Positions 22,188 to 35,596 of a DNA stretch of 64,000 bases are shown here, in pieces. Every line of letters begins with the position of its first letter. The stretch's first letter is position 1. The notes under the pieces are model-generated. The model did not search any database. It was not told the origin of the DNA and saw only the letters and a list, made by a program, of their open reading frames with translations. This DNA is from Selaginella moellendorffii. Taxonomy: Eukaryota; Plantae; Lycopodiophyta. The position numbers and the translations under genes are program-made. The stretch is from positions 2,821,668-2,885,667 of the forward strand of contig NW_003314270.1 of NCBI RefSeq assembly GCF_000143415.4. The letters are read 5' to 3'.

Positions 22188-24050
22188 ATGACACCATGCA
22201 TCGATCGCAAAGAGTGCCTCCGACTGATTGACAGTTGCAAGACGCTGCGCACTGCCCAGGAGCTTCACCTCAAAATCAAGCCGCTCCTCAAAGCTAGCGA
22301 CGTTTTCCTGTCGAATCGCCTCATCCACATGTACGGCAAATGCGGGAGCGTGGATCATGCTCGTCGGATCTTTGACGCGAGCGTCGTGAGAGATTCCTTC
22401 ACCTGGAATCTGATGCTCACTGCCTACTGCAGCAATGGGCATATCGACGAGGCCAAGAGCGTCTTTGATGCGATGCCAAAATGGAACATTGTTTCTTTTA
22501 ATTGCATGCTGGCTGCATATGCCCAAAACGGGCATATCAAAGAGGCTGCTGGATTCTTTTTCGGGTTCATGCAAGAACGTGATGTTGTTTCATGGAATGC
22601 AATATTATCAGCATATGCCCACAATGGGTATCTTGATGATGCCAAACAAATATTTGATTCCATGCCAAAATGGAACCTTGTGTCGTGGACTGCCATGGTT
22701 GCGGTATATTCACATCTTGGATTCTTCGAGCATGCAAGGCGGTTATTGGAAAGTATGCCGGAACAAGACCTCATCTCGTCGACGGCCGTGATCTCCGCAT
22801 ATGCACAGAATGGACACGTGGAAGAAGCCAAGCGGTTGTTTTACGAGGACATTCCGCAGCATAATCTTGTAACATGGAATGCCATGGTTGCGGCGTGTAG
22901 CTTGAATGTCCAGGAGGCCAAGGAGGTGTTTGATTCCGCCCCGGAAAGAGACACGGTGACGTGGAATGCCATGCTCTCGGCTTATGCTCATAGTGGGCAT
23001 CTGCAAGACACGGTTGACGTGTTTAGCTCCATGCCACAGAGAAATGTAGTCTCTTGGAATGCCATGCTGGATTCTTACGTGGAAAATGACGAATGGAAAG
23101 AGGCTAAATTTTTATTTGATAAAATGCCAGAGTGGAACATTGTATCATGGACGTCTATGCTCTCAATATTTGCCGCAAATGGGCATACTAGTGATGCAAA
23201 AGATGTCTTTGATACGATGCCAGAGAGAAATATTATCTCCTGGAACACCATGCTAGGTGCATATTCCCAACAAGAATCTGTAGAAGTTGCCAAAAGCTTC
23301 TTTGATTCTATGCCGGAGCATGATGCTGTATCTTGGAATATCATTGTGGCCGCATATGCCCAAAGAGGGCATCTGGAATATGCACAGAAGCTTGCCACGG
23401 ACATGCCTCAAAAAACTTTGGTATCATCTAACGCGCTCCTGTGTGGATATTCCCAGCTCGGGCATATGAAAGACGCGTGGAAAGTCTTCCACGCCCTGCT
23501 GGATCGTGACGTTGTGACGTGGACAGCCATGCTGGCGGCATATGCCCAGAATGGGAATCTCGGGCAGAGCCAGAGGATCTTCGACGCGATGCCCGCGAAG
23601 AATGTGGTGACGTGGAGTGCGCTGATTGCCGGCTACGCCCAAAACGGGCAGCCCAGGACGGCGCTGGATCTCTTCCACGTGTCGGTGCTCTTTGAGATGC
23701 CAGCTGGCACGCACTTCATCTCGGTCATGCTGTCGTGCAGCCACGCTGGCAAGCTTGGCGCGTGCCGGGCGTCCCTCGTGGCAATGACGCTGGACTATGA
23801 CATGAGGCCGGAAAGCCAGCACTTCTCGTGCATGGTGGATGTGTTGAGCCGGTCGGGGCATCTGGAAGATGCCCGGGACTTGATCGCGAATATGCCTTAT
23901 CTCCCGGACGCGGCATACTGGAGGAGCTTGCTAGGCGCTTGCGGGAGGAGCGGCGATGGGAATGGCGCGGCCGCCGCCAAGAGCGTGCTTGATCTGGAAG
24001 GCGGCGATGGAGCGGGATACGTGCTGCTGGCCAATGCCTGCAGTGCGTGA
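22188..24050 (+). CDS. PLS-class pentatricopeptide repeat protein with E domain (organellar RNA-editing factor type), intronless
   Basis: Tandem (V/I)SWNAM/LxAYAQNG repeats, MYGKCG, CSHAG, HFSCMVDVLSRSG and GYVLLAN; no DYW domain. Confidence 0.95.
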   Translation: MTPCIDRKECLRLIDSCKTLRTAQELHLKIKPLLKASDVFLSNRLIHMYGKCGSVDHARRIFDASVVRDSFTWNLMLTAYCSNGHIDEAKSVFDAMPKWNIVSFNCMLAAYAQNGHIKEAAGFFFGFMQERDVVSWNAILSAYAHNGYLDDAKQIFDSMPKWNLVSWTAMVAVYSHLGFFEHARRLLESMPEQDLISSTAVISAYAQNGHVEEAKRLFYEDIPQHNLVTWNAMVAACSLNVQEAKEVFDSAPERDTVTWNAMLSAYAHSGHLQDTVDVFSSMPQRNVVSWNAMLDSYVENDEWKEAKFLFDKMPEWNIVSWTSMLSIFAANGHTSDAKDVFDTMPERNIISWNTMLGAYSQQESVEVAKSFFDSMPEHDAVSWNIIVAAYAQRGHLEYAQKLATDMPQKTLVSSNALLCGYSQLGHMKDAWKVFHALLDRDVVTWTAMLAAYAQNGNLGQSQRIFDAMPAKNVVTWSALIAGYAQNGQPRTALDLFHVSVLFEMPAGTHFISVMLSCSHAGKLGACRASLVAMTLDYDMRPESQHFSCMVDVLSRSGHLEDARDLIANMPYLPDAAYWRSLLGACGRSGDGNGAAAAKSVLDLEGGDGAGYVLLANACSA

Positions 24051-24329
24051 GCGATCGTCCCGTGCGATCTAAGCATGGATTTCTTGTTCTCAGGGTCGCG
24101 ATCGATATTTTGGGTTGAAATCACCGCAAGGATCTGATATTCTCTTGCAGTGTGCTCTCGATCGCAGTAGAACTAGCGCTCGATCGATATAAAAGATTTA
24201 GCAAGATTTAGCAACACTCTCCAAAGAATCCCGAAAGAACACTAAGATCCATCAAGAAAGGTATGATGTAAGGATGATCTTCACGAAGATCTCTTCGATT
24301 TGTTCCAGCTACTTTGAGAAATTTGGTGC

Positions 24330-25400
24330 TCAAATCTGGAGTCCAGCATTTCTCTGATGGTGGTGGCGGAGCTGAGGCTCTTGTCGAAAACCTCCACGAC
24401 TCGCTCGAACCAGATGAGCACTGCTTGCGAGGCGGCAAATCACCTCCCTGGTGCCAATCGAAAGCTCCTGCTCGACCTCATCGCCTTGGTTCGCATCGCC
24501 AATCCAGACCCTGCCATTGCAGCCAAAGATGATCCTCACTTGGCACTCCTTGGCGTGGAAGACATGGAGGTGCTTCTTCATCTTGAGCAGGTATGGTTTC
24601 ACCTTGACAACTCGGCCCTTCTTGAGCTGCGAAGAACAAGTAAGTTTTCCAGGAAGAACAATTCTCTTTCTCACAAACCTTTCCATAGGCGAGCTTCTGA
24701 AGCGTTCCCAGTCTGGAGCTTCCGGCGTAGAGCTCCGCTGGCCAGCCTTGATCGGCCTTGGTGATCTCGGCCTGGGTAGACAGAATCGTGAGCGTGATCG
24801 AGGCAGAAACACAAAAACAATCCAAAGGTCTACACTGACGAGATCGGTTTCGACGAGAAAGTTTCGCATGTTGAGCTCATCCACGGCAGTTCTTCGTCGC
24901 TGGATCACGCACAGACTCGAAGATCACGAAGAGAATCGACGTAAGTTACCTGGATGCTCGCTGGCAGATCCACAGACGATAGCTCCAATCGAGCATGGCG
25001 ATCGCAGCTGATGTCCACCCTCCAGCTCCCTTGCGCAACCTTGCAGAAACGAAGAAATCCTCGAGCCAACGCTCACTAGCGAAGAACACGTCACCTCTAC
25101 AATGCGCCCGATCACAACATGGCCCTTCTCCGGCTTGTATCTGGCAAAGAAAAAAAATTCCAGCGAACTTGGAAGAAGCAAGCAAACCTTGTCAAGAATG
25201 GATCGACTGTGATGAAAGAGCCTCACGGTCGCGCGGATTCCTCCGCTCACGCTCTGTGATCCATGGCCACTAGTGGAGATTATCAGAGAAGCTATGCGTG
25301 ATTGATCTTCGCTTACCTTGAAACGCTCTCCTTCCCAGGGATTGCGAGAGAATTCCCAATTACCGGTCCATGAGCCCTAGTTTGCTGTCCTTGATCATGG
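24330..25400 (-). CDS. RRP4: Exosome cap subunit RRP4-like (multi-exon, divergent; start not identified)
   Basis: Exons give RYKPEKGHVVIGRIVEV, WRVDI..ARLELSSVDLP, QRRRTAVDELNMR, YGK|LKKG and IIFGCNGRVWI. Confidence 0.8.
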
Positions 25401-25450
25401 AATGGAAAGGCGCGGCGGTGGAAATATGATCAATGCTTGCTCACATTGCA

Positions 25451-25467
25451 AGGGTTTAGGGTTTTAG
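25451..25467. promoter_or_regulatory. Telo-box-like elements in the RRP4-like/maturase divergent promoter
   Basis: AGGGTTTAGGGTTTTAG between the two head-to-head genes. Confidence 0.55.
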
Positions 25468-25475
25468 AGGAGGGA

Positions 25476-27665
25476 ATGCGCCTTCTCGCGATCGTCCGGC
25501 GATACTCCAAGGTAGGGATCTCTCTCAACGCTGCGATCGATATTTCTGTGTGGATCCATCGCCAGGAGCTAATGCTTGCTTGCAGCGCGCGAATGCGGGA
25601 TCGGCGAAAGAGGTAGGGGAAAAATGGGAACCTCTGGAGTGGTAAATTTTTGTTCTTGTTCTCTTGCAGCTGGGGAATTCTTCTCGGGAGAGCGCTACCA
25701 TTGGTGCGGTGAAGAAGGTACGCGAGAGATTTGTGCTTGGTATAAAGAGCTAGCTTCTTTCTTTTCTTGCAGGATCATCCACGGAACCGGCGTCCAGGGA
25801 AAAAGAAGGTAGGAAGTTTTTCTCTTGGAGTCTAAAGTTTGATGTTCTGGCAGGATCCTGGCAACACTGCGGAGGTTCTAAACGAGAGGAACGCGGACGT
25901 TTTCAAGGTGAATACAAAACTTTGGAAGTTCTTCGTGAGTTTTTTTCTTTGCTTCTTTCAGGCTGAAAATCCAAACGAGAAATGCACCAACGCGCTCGTG
26001 CCTCGGAGTTCTCTCGAAAACACAGTTGCTGGACCGGCAAAGAAGGTGCATATTAGCGGGAGAAATGGCGATAAGATTGTCCGGGAAGCGCTCAGGATGG
26101 TGCTGGAGGCCGTCTACGAGCCTTACTTTCTGGTTTACTCCCACGGCCATCGCCCTGGCTTGGGAGAGCACTCGGCTCTCAAGGAGATCCGGAGATGGGT
26201 CGGCATAAGCTGGTTTCTCAAGTTCAGGATCCAGAGCTGCCGCGAGAGGAAAATGACCAAGAATCTCCAGGACGAACTGCGGCAGCTTGTTGGAGACATG
26301 AGAGTCTTGAGGATGATCCGGGGATCTGTAGAGGAAGGGATCCGGTGCCGCGTCCGAAAGTCGACCAATCTGGGAAGGCTCCTTTGCAACGTCTACTTGC
26401 ACAAGTTCGATCTTTCAGTCGCTCACAACATATCTCTCTACAAGAGGGGAGAGATTCCGTGCGTGACGATGAAGGATGGCCGTGAAGCGAGCATGCCATT
26501 CAAGCGTGAAGGCGTGAGGCACATTTTGATCGCCAAGTTTCCGGAGTATAGAAGGCTTTGGTACGTCCGGCATGGAACTCAGTTCATGATGGGCTTTATC
26601 GGTACGAAGGAGGACGCGAGCAACATTTTCTATGACGCCAAGTTTTTCATCGAGAAGCTTGGCTTCAACATGAACAAGAGGAAGTCTGGATCGATTGCAG
26701 ACAGCATGCAAAACCCTGCCAGCTTTCTCGGCTTTCGAATAGTTTGCGACGATCCCGAAGGTTTCTACAGTCCCAAGAACAAGACCGAGTCGGAATGGAA
26801 GAAACGCATGGCTAGACTGGAACTCATCAAAGAAGGAGATAGGTGGCGACGGGTCATGAGGAAATACGTCCATGCTGGCAAGAAAACAGTTCGCCGAGCT
26901 TACGACGAGACATGTACAGTTCAAATGGACGTCACAAAGGGATTGGACTTACTCCGGCAAGTTCTTAAGAATCTCAAGGACACCATCGTCGGGCCGGAGT
27001 ACCGTAACATCTACCACATTATGAGTCCGAGGGAGATACTGTTGAACAGGAGGACACAGAATATTTTTCCTCCAGAAGTCACAGAAGCTGCGAAGCAGTT
27101 GGAAGCTTCACTCAAGTCCTTTGTCGATGAAAAGAAGAAGCAGAGAGTGGCGGCCCAGAAACCACCAAAGCCACAGAAGCAGGCCAAGGAGCCGATCGTG
27201 AAGCCAACAATGACACCACCAGAGTTTTACGCACCCATCCGGAACATCAGGATCATGCTCAATAATTCCATGTTCTTGATGCGGGGAAGGCCGACGGTTC
27301 ACCGCTACCTGATGCACAAGACAGAGATTGAAATCGTGGAGGAGTTTGCTCGCGTGGCCAACAGCATACTTGACTACTACAAGTGCTCGAAGAACTTGGA
27401 CCGGGTGAAGAGGATCGTGGATTACAACTTACGGTTTTCCTGCCTGCGGACTCTAGGTGCGAGGCATGAGACAACTGCACAGAAGATCAAAAACGTCTTC
27501 ACCAGCGAGCTGATTGTACCGGTTCAAGACGGAAACAGCATAGCATTGCGAAGGCCTTATCCGTCATCAGAAGCGATCGAGAAGATCATGCAAGGCTTCA
27601 TGGCTCGGGACAATCCTGCTCCACCGTGGAAGGGCCTGCAAGTCTACAGCAGGGCTCCTCTCTAA
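25476..27665 (+). CDS. Nuclear-encoded group II intron maturase, MatR-like, with mitochondrial presequence (6 exons, about 634 aa)
   Basis: Exons 25476-25511, 25586-25612, 25670-25717, 25773-25808, 25854-25907 and 25962-27665 are all GT-AG and in frame. RT motifs DKIVREALRMVLEAVYEP, SHGHRPG, WFLKF, NVYLHKFD, YVRHGTQ and FLGFRI; domain X APIRNI...ILDYYKCSKNL...LRFSCLRTLGARH. Confidence 0.9.
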
Positions 27666-27889
27666 GCAGATGTCCAAGTACGTAAAATCCTTTTTTTTTT
27701 TTTCTTTCATCCCGACTGGATGTTTGACAGTAGAGTGGCTATAGCTTGCGAGTCCATGGAAAACAAGGGTGCAAGACGACAATGACTTTGAAGACGTCGG
27801 TCCTACATTAGATTCTCTATTTCCGATTTTTTTCTTCGGAAGGGCCGGGATCTTTGTGCTTCCCATGTCCTGGGAGCAGTGAGGAGGGC

Positions 27890-29726
27890 ATGGATATTCG
27901 AGGGGGATGGTCTTGTTCTGAGGTAAGCTATCATGTTCGGCGTTTTATCTATTTTGTAACGCTTTTGGATTTAAGCAGCTATACGTGAAACCCGGAGTAC
28001 AATTTCCGGGGAGATGTGTGAGGAGTCAAAGTTTCTTTCATAGTCGGGTTCCTACAGCCTGCAAGAAATTCCAGAGCTTAAATCCTGCAGCAGGGTCCCA
28101 AGAGGATCGACCAAGGTAATGCAACTGGTGGTGTTCGATTGTTAATTGAAAGTTTTCGCAGGAGTACAAGTGTGAAAGGCAGGAGCATCAGGAGAGAGAG
28201 CGCTGAAACAACACCAGGCAATGGCACGCTTGTGGGAGCAATTGCGTTGATTACTGGAACCAGCATTGGTGCTGGAATTCTGGCAGTACCAGCAAAAACT
28301 ATCGCAGCAGTGAGTCCAGATTATTGTTTTTGTTTTTCTTTTGCAAACGTTATTCTTTCATTTTCCTTCTCAGGGATTTATTCCATCTGCAAGCATAATG
28401 ACTGGTTCTTGGATCTTTTTGGTTTTGGAGGCTTTTCTTCTGGTCGAAGTGAACTTGGCTCTGATGAGCAGCAAAAAAGCAAACCATTCACTGTCGAAAG
28501 TCATCTCTCTTCAAACTATGGCCGAGACAACTCTCGGCAGCCGAGGAGGAATCCTTGTTGGAGCGGTTTACGTGCTCCTCACATATGCACTTATAGTGGC
28601 CTACATTTCCAAGTCAGGCGAAGTTCTCTCCCTGTTATTTCACGTCCCAAGACAGATAGCGGAAGTTTTGTTCGTCGGCGTATTTGGATATTTGCTTCTC
28701 TCTGGCGGAACCAAACTCGCTGACCGAGCCAATCAGTTCATGACTGCGGGACTGATAGGTGAGGTGAAGTCCTTTTTCCAAAGAAAAAGTTTTTTCTTTA
28801 CAAGAAACCATTCTGCAGGGCTCTTTCTCTTGCTCGTGATTGGAGGCTCTAAATATGGAGACTGGACAGCTCTTTTGCATCAGAACTGGAAAATGGCTCC
28901 AGAGGCTATTCCCGTTATTTTTCTGGCTCTGGTTTACCACGACTTAATTCCAGGTAGGGCGAAAGCGATGAACGTGTCCTCGATAACATGAAAGGTTTTG
29001 TAGTCATTTGCACATATTTGGATGGCGATGTAAGGCGGATACAGACGTCGGTTATCGTCGGCAGCGCGATACCTCTGGCCATGCTTCTGTGCTGGAACGC
29101 TGTAGCTCTTTCTCTCGCTTCTACGTCTGGGAATGCGGATCCTCTAAGTCTGGCTATTCAGTAAGCTCGTATTTTCTTTCTTCTTACAACGTTTGTACAT
29201 GCAGGACCTCCTTCGCTGTGCAGCTCTTTTCTCTTCTAGCCGTGCTAACATCCATAATTGGCTCCGTGCTCGGAATGTCCGAGTTTTTCATCGAGCGGCT
29301 TGGGAAGTCCATCGCCATCTTACTTCCAGGCGAAACATTCTTTGATGATGCAACGTCCCCGAGGCCAGCGCATATAAAACTCGTCTCGGTGGCATTGGTT
29401 CTCGTTCCTCCTCTCCTGCTCTCGCTAAGTATCTCAGACGCCTTCTTCACAGCTGCAGACCTGGCGGTAAGCTAAAAGAAAATCGTTTTCTCTGTGCTCT
29501 AAGATGTCGCGAGCTGATGCGCTGAAACTTAACGCAGGGGGGATATGGCATGACCACGCTCTATGGTGTTCTTCCACCTGTAATGGCGTGGGGACTGGCC
29601 AAAGAATCTGGAAACTCCCACTATCCTGGCGGAAGAAACTGGATCACAAAGCGTGGAACCTTGGCGGTTACAGGCGTATGTGCTTGCGGGATCATAGCAG
29701 GCCAGCTGATTCTCGACTTATCATGA
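27890..29726 (+). CDS. Tryptophan/tyrosine permease family transporter (multi-exon)
   Basis: GAIALITGTSIGAGILAVP, EAFLLVEVN, LIVAYISKSG, IPVIFLALVYHDLIP and YGMTTLYGVLPP. Start codon is tentative. Confidence 0.88.
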
Positions 29727-31058
29727 CTCCAAGTAAGAAAGTTCTCAAGTTTTTCTTGTTTCTCCAATTTTTTTTAAAAAACTTGTCCAGCGGCTTGGCA
29801 TGGGTGATCCGTGACTCTTGGCTGTCCCACTGTTTTTAGTCAGGCAAGCACGCATAAGGGCCTCAGGAATGACCCTATCCATCGGGATTCTTTTACATTC
29901 TTTGTGGTGGCGAACACACACACAAGGTTCGGTCTCTTTCCTTGGTATAAATTCCTTTCTCCTCTTTGTCAGGGAGAAACAAACAAACAAATAAACTGTG
30001 CGCAGCTTTTTCTCTCTTTTTCGCTACTTTGTATGTGGCGTTCTCGTATGAAGCTGCTTGGTCCTCGTCTCCGGTTCTCTCAGTAAGAAAACCCCCAGAT
30101 CCAACTTTTTTTTTACTTTGTTTTCTTGCGGTTCTTGATTCGCTGTCCTGGGGAAAGATAAAAATCCTTTCATCTGCGGTGCACTGCACTGTGAGCTCTG
30201 GAGCTCTGGAGCTCTGAGTTGAGTTGAGTGGTATTCTTCTACAAGACAAACATATGGAGGCACAGCGTTTTCAAGTTTGGCTCCAATCACACACAGGATT
30301 TAAGCGCCCTCTGAAAAGTCACATGTGTTTTTTAGAGTGTACGAAGAACAAACTAATGTAAGACTCTTTCACACGCAAGCGGGTAACTTCCAAAAAGATT
30401 ACCTGGTTTCTAGTGTGTATCCACGATGGAAGAGGACATTTGAGCAGTGAAAGCACATAGTTGGCAAACTTTTATGGGTTTTATGTGACCACTCCACCTA
30501 ACGGAGAAGAGGTTATTCCTTGCAAGTTAATGAACAGAGAGCTATGGTTACCTGTTAGAATCCATGCAATTACGTAAGAGTTGCCACGCGTGGAAAATCT
30601 TGCGTATCACGCCACAGCCCTTGCATAATTAAGCAAGGAATAGATTGGAAGCTTACCTGGATAATCAAGATAAAGCATTTACCACCACTCGGCATCACGC
30701 ACAGGCCTGGCTCCTGTCAACCCGCGCAGTTCTCCGCCTTATGTGTGGTGTAGGTATATAAACCAGGCGAGCACATTCGAGTCACAGGTTTGAGCTAAAG
30801 CACCACCACTGCTGTGCTCCTCGCTTGCATTTACTCCTCGAGAGGCCAAAAGCATATAGCACTTGCGCTCGCTGGAACTTGCAGGATAGCTCTGTGTGGA
30901 AACGAAAGAAAAAAAAAAGGAAGGGAGAAAAGAGTGTGTGAGCTTGAGCTCAATCTACCTTTTGCGTTCATGCGTGGTGCATTTCCTTTAGACCCTGGAA
31001 GACAGCGGCAGAGGTGTTGCTGCTAGAGCTTCTGTCACGAAAGGAAAGCGAGTCAGCG

Positions 31059-33170
31059 ATGGGAATGGCTCAGGAGTCGAGCGAAGAACAATCAACAACA
31101 GGAGAAGAGGGAAGTAATAATACTCACAAGAGCAGCAGCAACAGCCACGCCGGCAATGGTAACAATCTCCTCCAAGTCCTGTCCCAGAAGAGTCCCCTGC
31201 GATGCGGAGCTTGCCAGCGACCTTGCACTCACAGCATGCGGGACGAGACCGTTGTAAACATCCCGCACGTCAAGCTCTACAGCGACGAAGACGACTCGCC
31301 TCTCCACTCGCCGAGGCGCTCGGTCCCGTACGAGATCCAGGTAAAGAACCTCAGCTATCACACAGTCCCCAGCAGAGCGTCCACCGGAGTAGCGTGCTTC
31401 GTCCCAAAGAACTACTGGCCGGAGCTCCTCCAGACCAAGACCATCCTCCGGAACGTCAACTGTACTGCCAAGCCGGGTGAATTGCTCGCAATTGCGGGGC
31501 CGAGCGGAGCAGGGAAGTCGACCCTCCTGGAGATACTGGCCGGTCGCATCACCCCCGCGAAGAACAGCAGCATACTAGTGAACAAGCGGCCAATGGAGCT
31601 GAGCTCCTTCCGGCGGATCTCCGGCTACGTCATGCAGCACGACTTGCTCTTCCCGATGCTCACGGTGGCGGAGACGCTCATGTGTAGCGCGCAGCTCCGG
31701 CTTCCTTCCAGCATGCCCGCGTCGGGCAAGCGCGCTCGGGTGGAGCTGCTCATGGCGGAGCTCGGGCTGCGCGGCGTGGCGTCGTCGAGGATAGGCAGCG
31801 ACGCTGTCCGTGGAGTCTCTGGCGGCGAGCGGCGGAGAGTTTCTATCGGAGTTGACGTGATCCACGACCCGGCCGTACTGCTCCTGGACGAGCCAACTTC
31901 CGGCTTGGACTCGGCGGCGGCGCTCCAGGTGGTGGCGATGCTCCACAACATGGCTAAGTCCCACGAGAGGACCATCATCCTCAGTATCCACCAGCCGGGC
32001 TTCCGGATCCTCGAGCTCATTCACTCCATCGTGCTGCTGGGTCCAGGACGGATGATCCACAGCGGGAGCTTGCAGGAGCTCTCGGACAAGCTCTTCGCGG
32101 CCGGCCACAGCTTCCCCCCTCAGGTGAACGTTGTCGAGTATGCCATCGAGACCATCAATCTGATCGAGGCGGACAGGGGCTGCGACGGTATCATCGCCGA
32201 GTGTTTCAACGTTCCGGTCTCGAAAATGCGCTGCTCGCTCGAGGACTTGTTCAACCAGAGAGTGCACGACAAGTCGCCACCACCACCGCCACCATCGGTT
32301 TTTGCTGCTCCTCGGATCGTCGACAAGCCAACTTTCGCCAACTCTCGATACAGGGAAATCTTGCTGCTGTCTAGCCGGTGTTGGAAGACCATCTGGAGAA
32401 CCAAGCAGTTGTCGCTGGCGAGAACTGCGCAAGCGCTCGGTGCTGGCTTTGCTCTCGGCTCGGTGTTCACCCACCTGGGACGGAACGTCGTAGGCGTCCG
32501 GGAACGCTACGGCTTCTTCGCCTTCACTCTCACGTTCCTGCTCACGTCGACGAGTGAGTCACTGCCGATGTTTCTCGCGGAGCGCCAGATCTTCGAGCGT
32601 GAAACTTCCAGGGGAACATACAGGGTCTCGTCGTACGTGATCGCCAACACGCTCATGTTCCTGCCGTTCCTGTTCGTCTTCTCGCTCCTGTATACGGTAC
32701 CGGCGTACTTCCTCGTTGGCCTCAACCATTCCATTGAAGCGTACGTCTTCTTCCTGCTCGATGTGTGGATGGTAGTGGTGGACGCCAACTCGATCGTTTC
32801 CTTCTTCAGCGCACTGGTTCCGGACTATATATTGGGGAACACTCTCGTCACCGGTACTCTTGGAGCGTTCTTCCTCTTCTCAGGCTACTTCGTCCCCAAG
32901 GATCATATTCCCAAGTACTGGCTGTTTATGCACTACCTGTCCGTCTTCAAGTACCCACTGGATGCGATGCTCATTAACGAGTACGAGTCTCTTTCTGACG
33001 TGTGCTTTGAGAAAGTCTGCAATCTCACGGGAAGAAGTGTGCTGGCCGAGTCCGGCCTCGAGCATTCCAGCAAGTGGATGAACCTGGGCGTTTCGGCAAT
33101 TTTCGCCGTCGTCTATAGACTTCTCGCTTACCTTGTACTTCGGTTTAAGCCCCGGCATAAACAACACTAG
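31059..33170 (+). CDS. Half-size ABCG (WBC) transporter, intronless
   Basis: Walker A GPSGAGKST, signature VSGGERRRVSIG, Walker B LLLDEPTSGLD, SIHQP and a C-terminal ABC2 TM domain. Confidence 0.96.
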   Translation: MGMAQESSEEQSTTGEEGSNNTHKSSSNSHAGNGNNLLQVLSQKSPLRCGACQRPCTHSMRDETVVNIPHVKLYSDEDDSPLHSPRRSVPYEIQVKNLSYHTVPSRASTGVACFVPKNYWPELLQTKTILRNVNCTAKPGELLAIAGPSGAGKSTLLEILAGRITPAKNSSILVNKRPMELSSFRRISGYVMQHDLLFPMLTVAETLMCSAQLRLPSSMPASGKRARVELLMAELGLRGVASSRIGSDAVRGVSGGERRRVSIGVDVIHDPAVLLLDEPTSGLDSAAALQVVAMLHNMAKSHERTIILSIHQPGFRILELIHSIVLLGPGRMIHSGSLQELSDKLFAAGHSFPPQVNVVEYAIETINLIEADRGCDGIIAECFNVPVSKMRCSLEDLFNQRVHDKSPPPPPPSVFAAPRIVDKPTFANSRYREILLLSSRCWKTIWRTKQLSLARTAQALGAGFALGSVFTHLGRNVVGVRERYGFFAFTLTFLLTSTSESLPMFLAERQIFERETSRGTYRVSSYVIANTLMFLPFLFVFSLLYTVPAYFLVGLNHSIEAYVFFLLDVWMVVVDANSIVSFFSALVPDYILGNTLVTGTLGAFFLFSGYFVPKDHIPKYWLFMHYLSVFKYPLDAMLINEYESLSDVCFEKVCNLTGRSVLAESGLEHSSKWMNLGVSAIFAVVYRLLAYLVLRFKPRHKQH

Positions 33171-33516
33171 TTAAGTCATGCAATAAGAATGACGTACTTC
33201 CAACGTACCTGTTAGTAACGGATCTCCTCTGTTTAACTGATTATCTTTAAAGTAGCGAGTGTCCGAAACTTTCAAAGTTCATGATGGCGTAATCCCACGA
33301 TCCCAGGCTTTTGCTTTCTCACTCAATCCCAGAAACACCTGTTAGAGATACATTGAAGAAACAGTTGCTGTCAGGCTGCCTTAAATTAACTGCAGTTAAC
33401 ACAAAGATTGCCTGATCAGAGAATGTCCGCAATGAAAAAACTAAGTTTACCGTACAAAAGGAGCAGCCGAAACTCGATCAACCAAATGCTCGAACAATGA
33501 TATTGGAAAACTTTCA

Positions 33517-35596
<2,080 letters not shown>

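Noticed and set aside
25476-27665. Active mobile group II intron or recent mitochondrial insertion
   Set aside because: No GTGCG 5' end or domain V was recognised, catalytic residues are lost, and it has spliceosomal introns and a presequence.
22188-27665. Functional RNA-processing gene cluster (PPR, RRP4, maturase)
   Set aside because: PPR genes are very abundant in this kind of genome and RRP4 works in a different compartment, so the adjacency can be chance.
31575-32474. 299-aa antisense ORF in ABCG (also the 272-aa antisense ORF in KEA)
   Set aside because: Shadow ORFs of GC-rich coding sequence.
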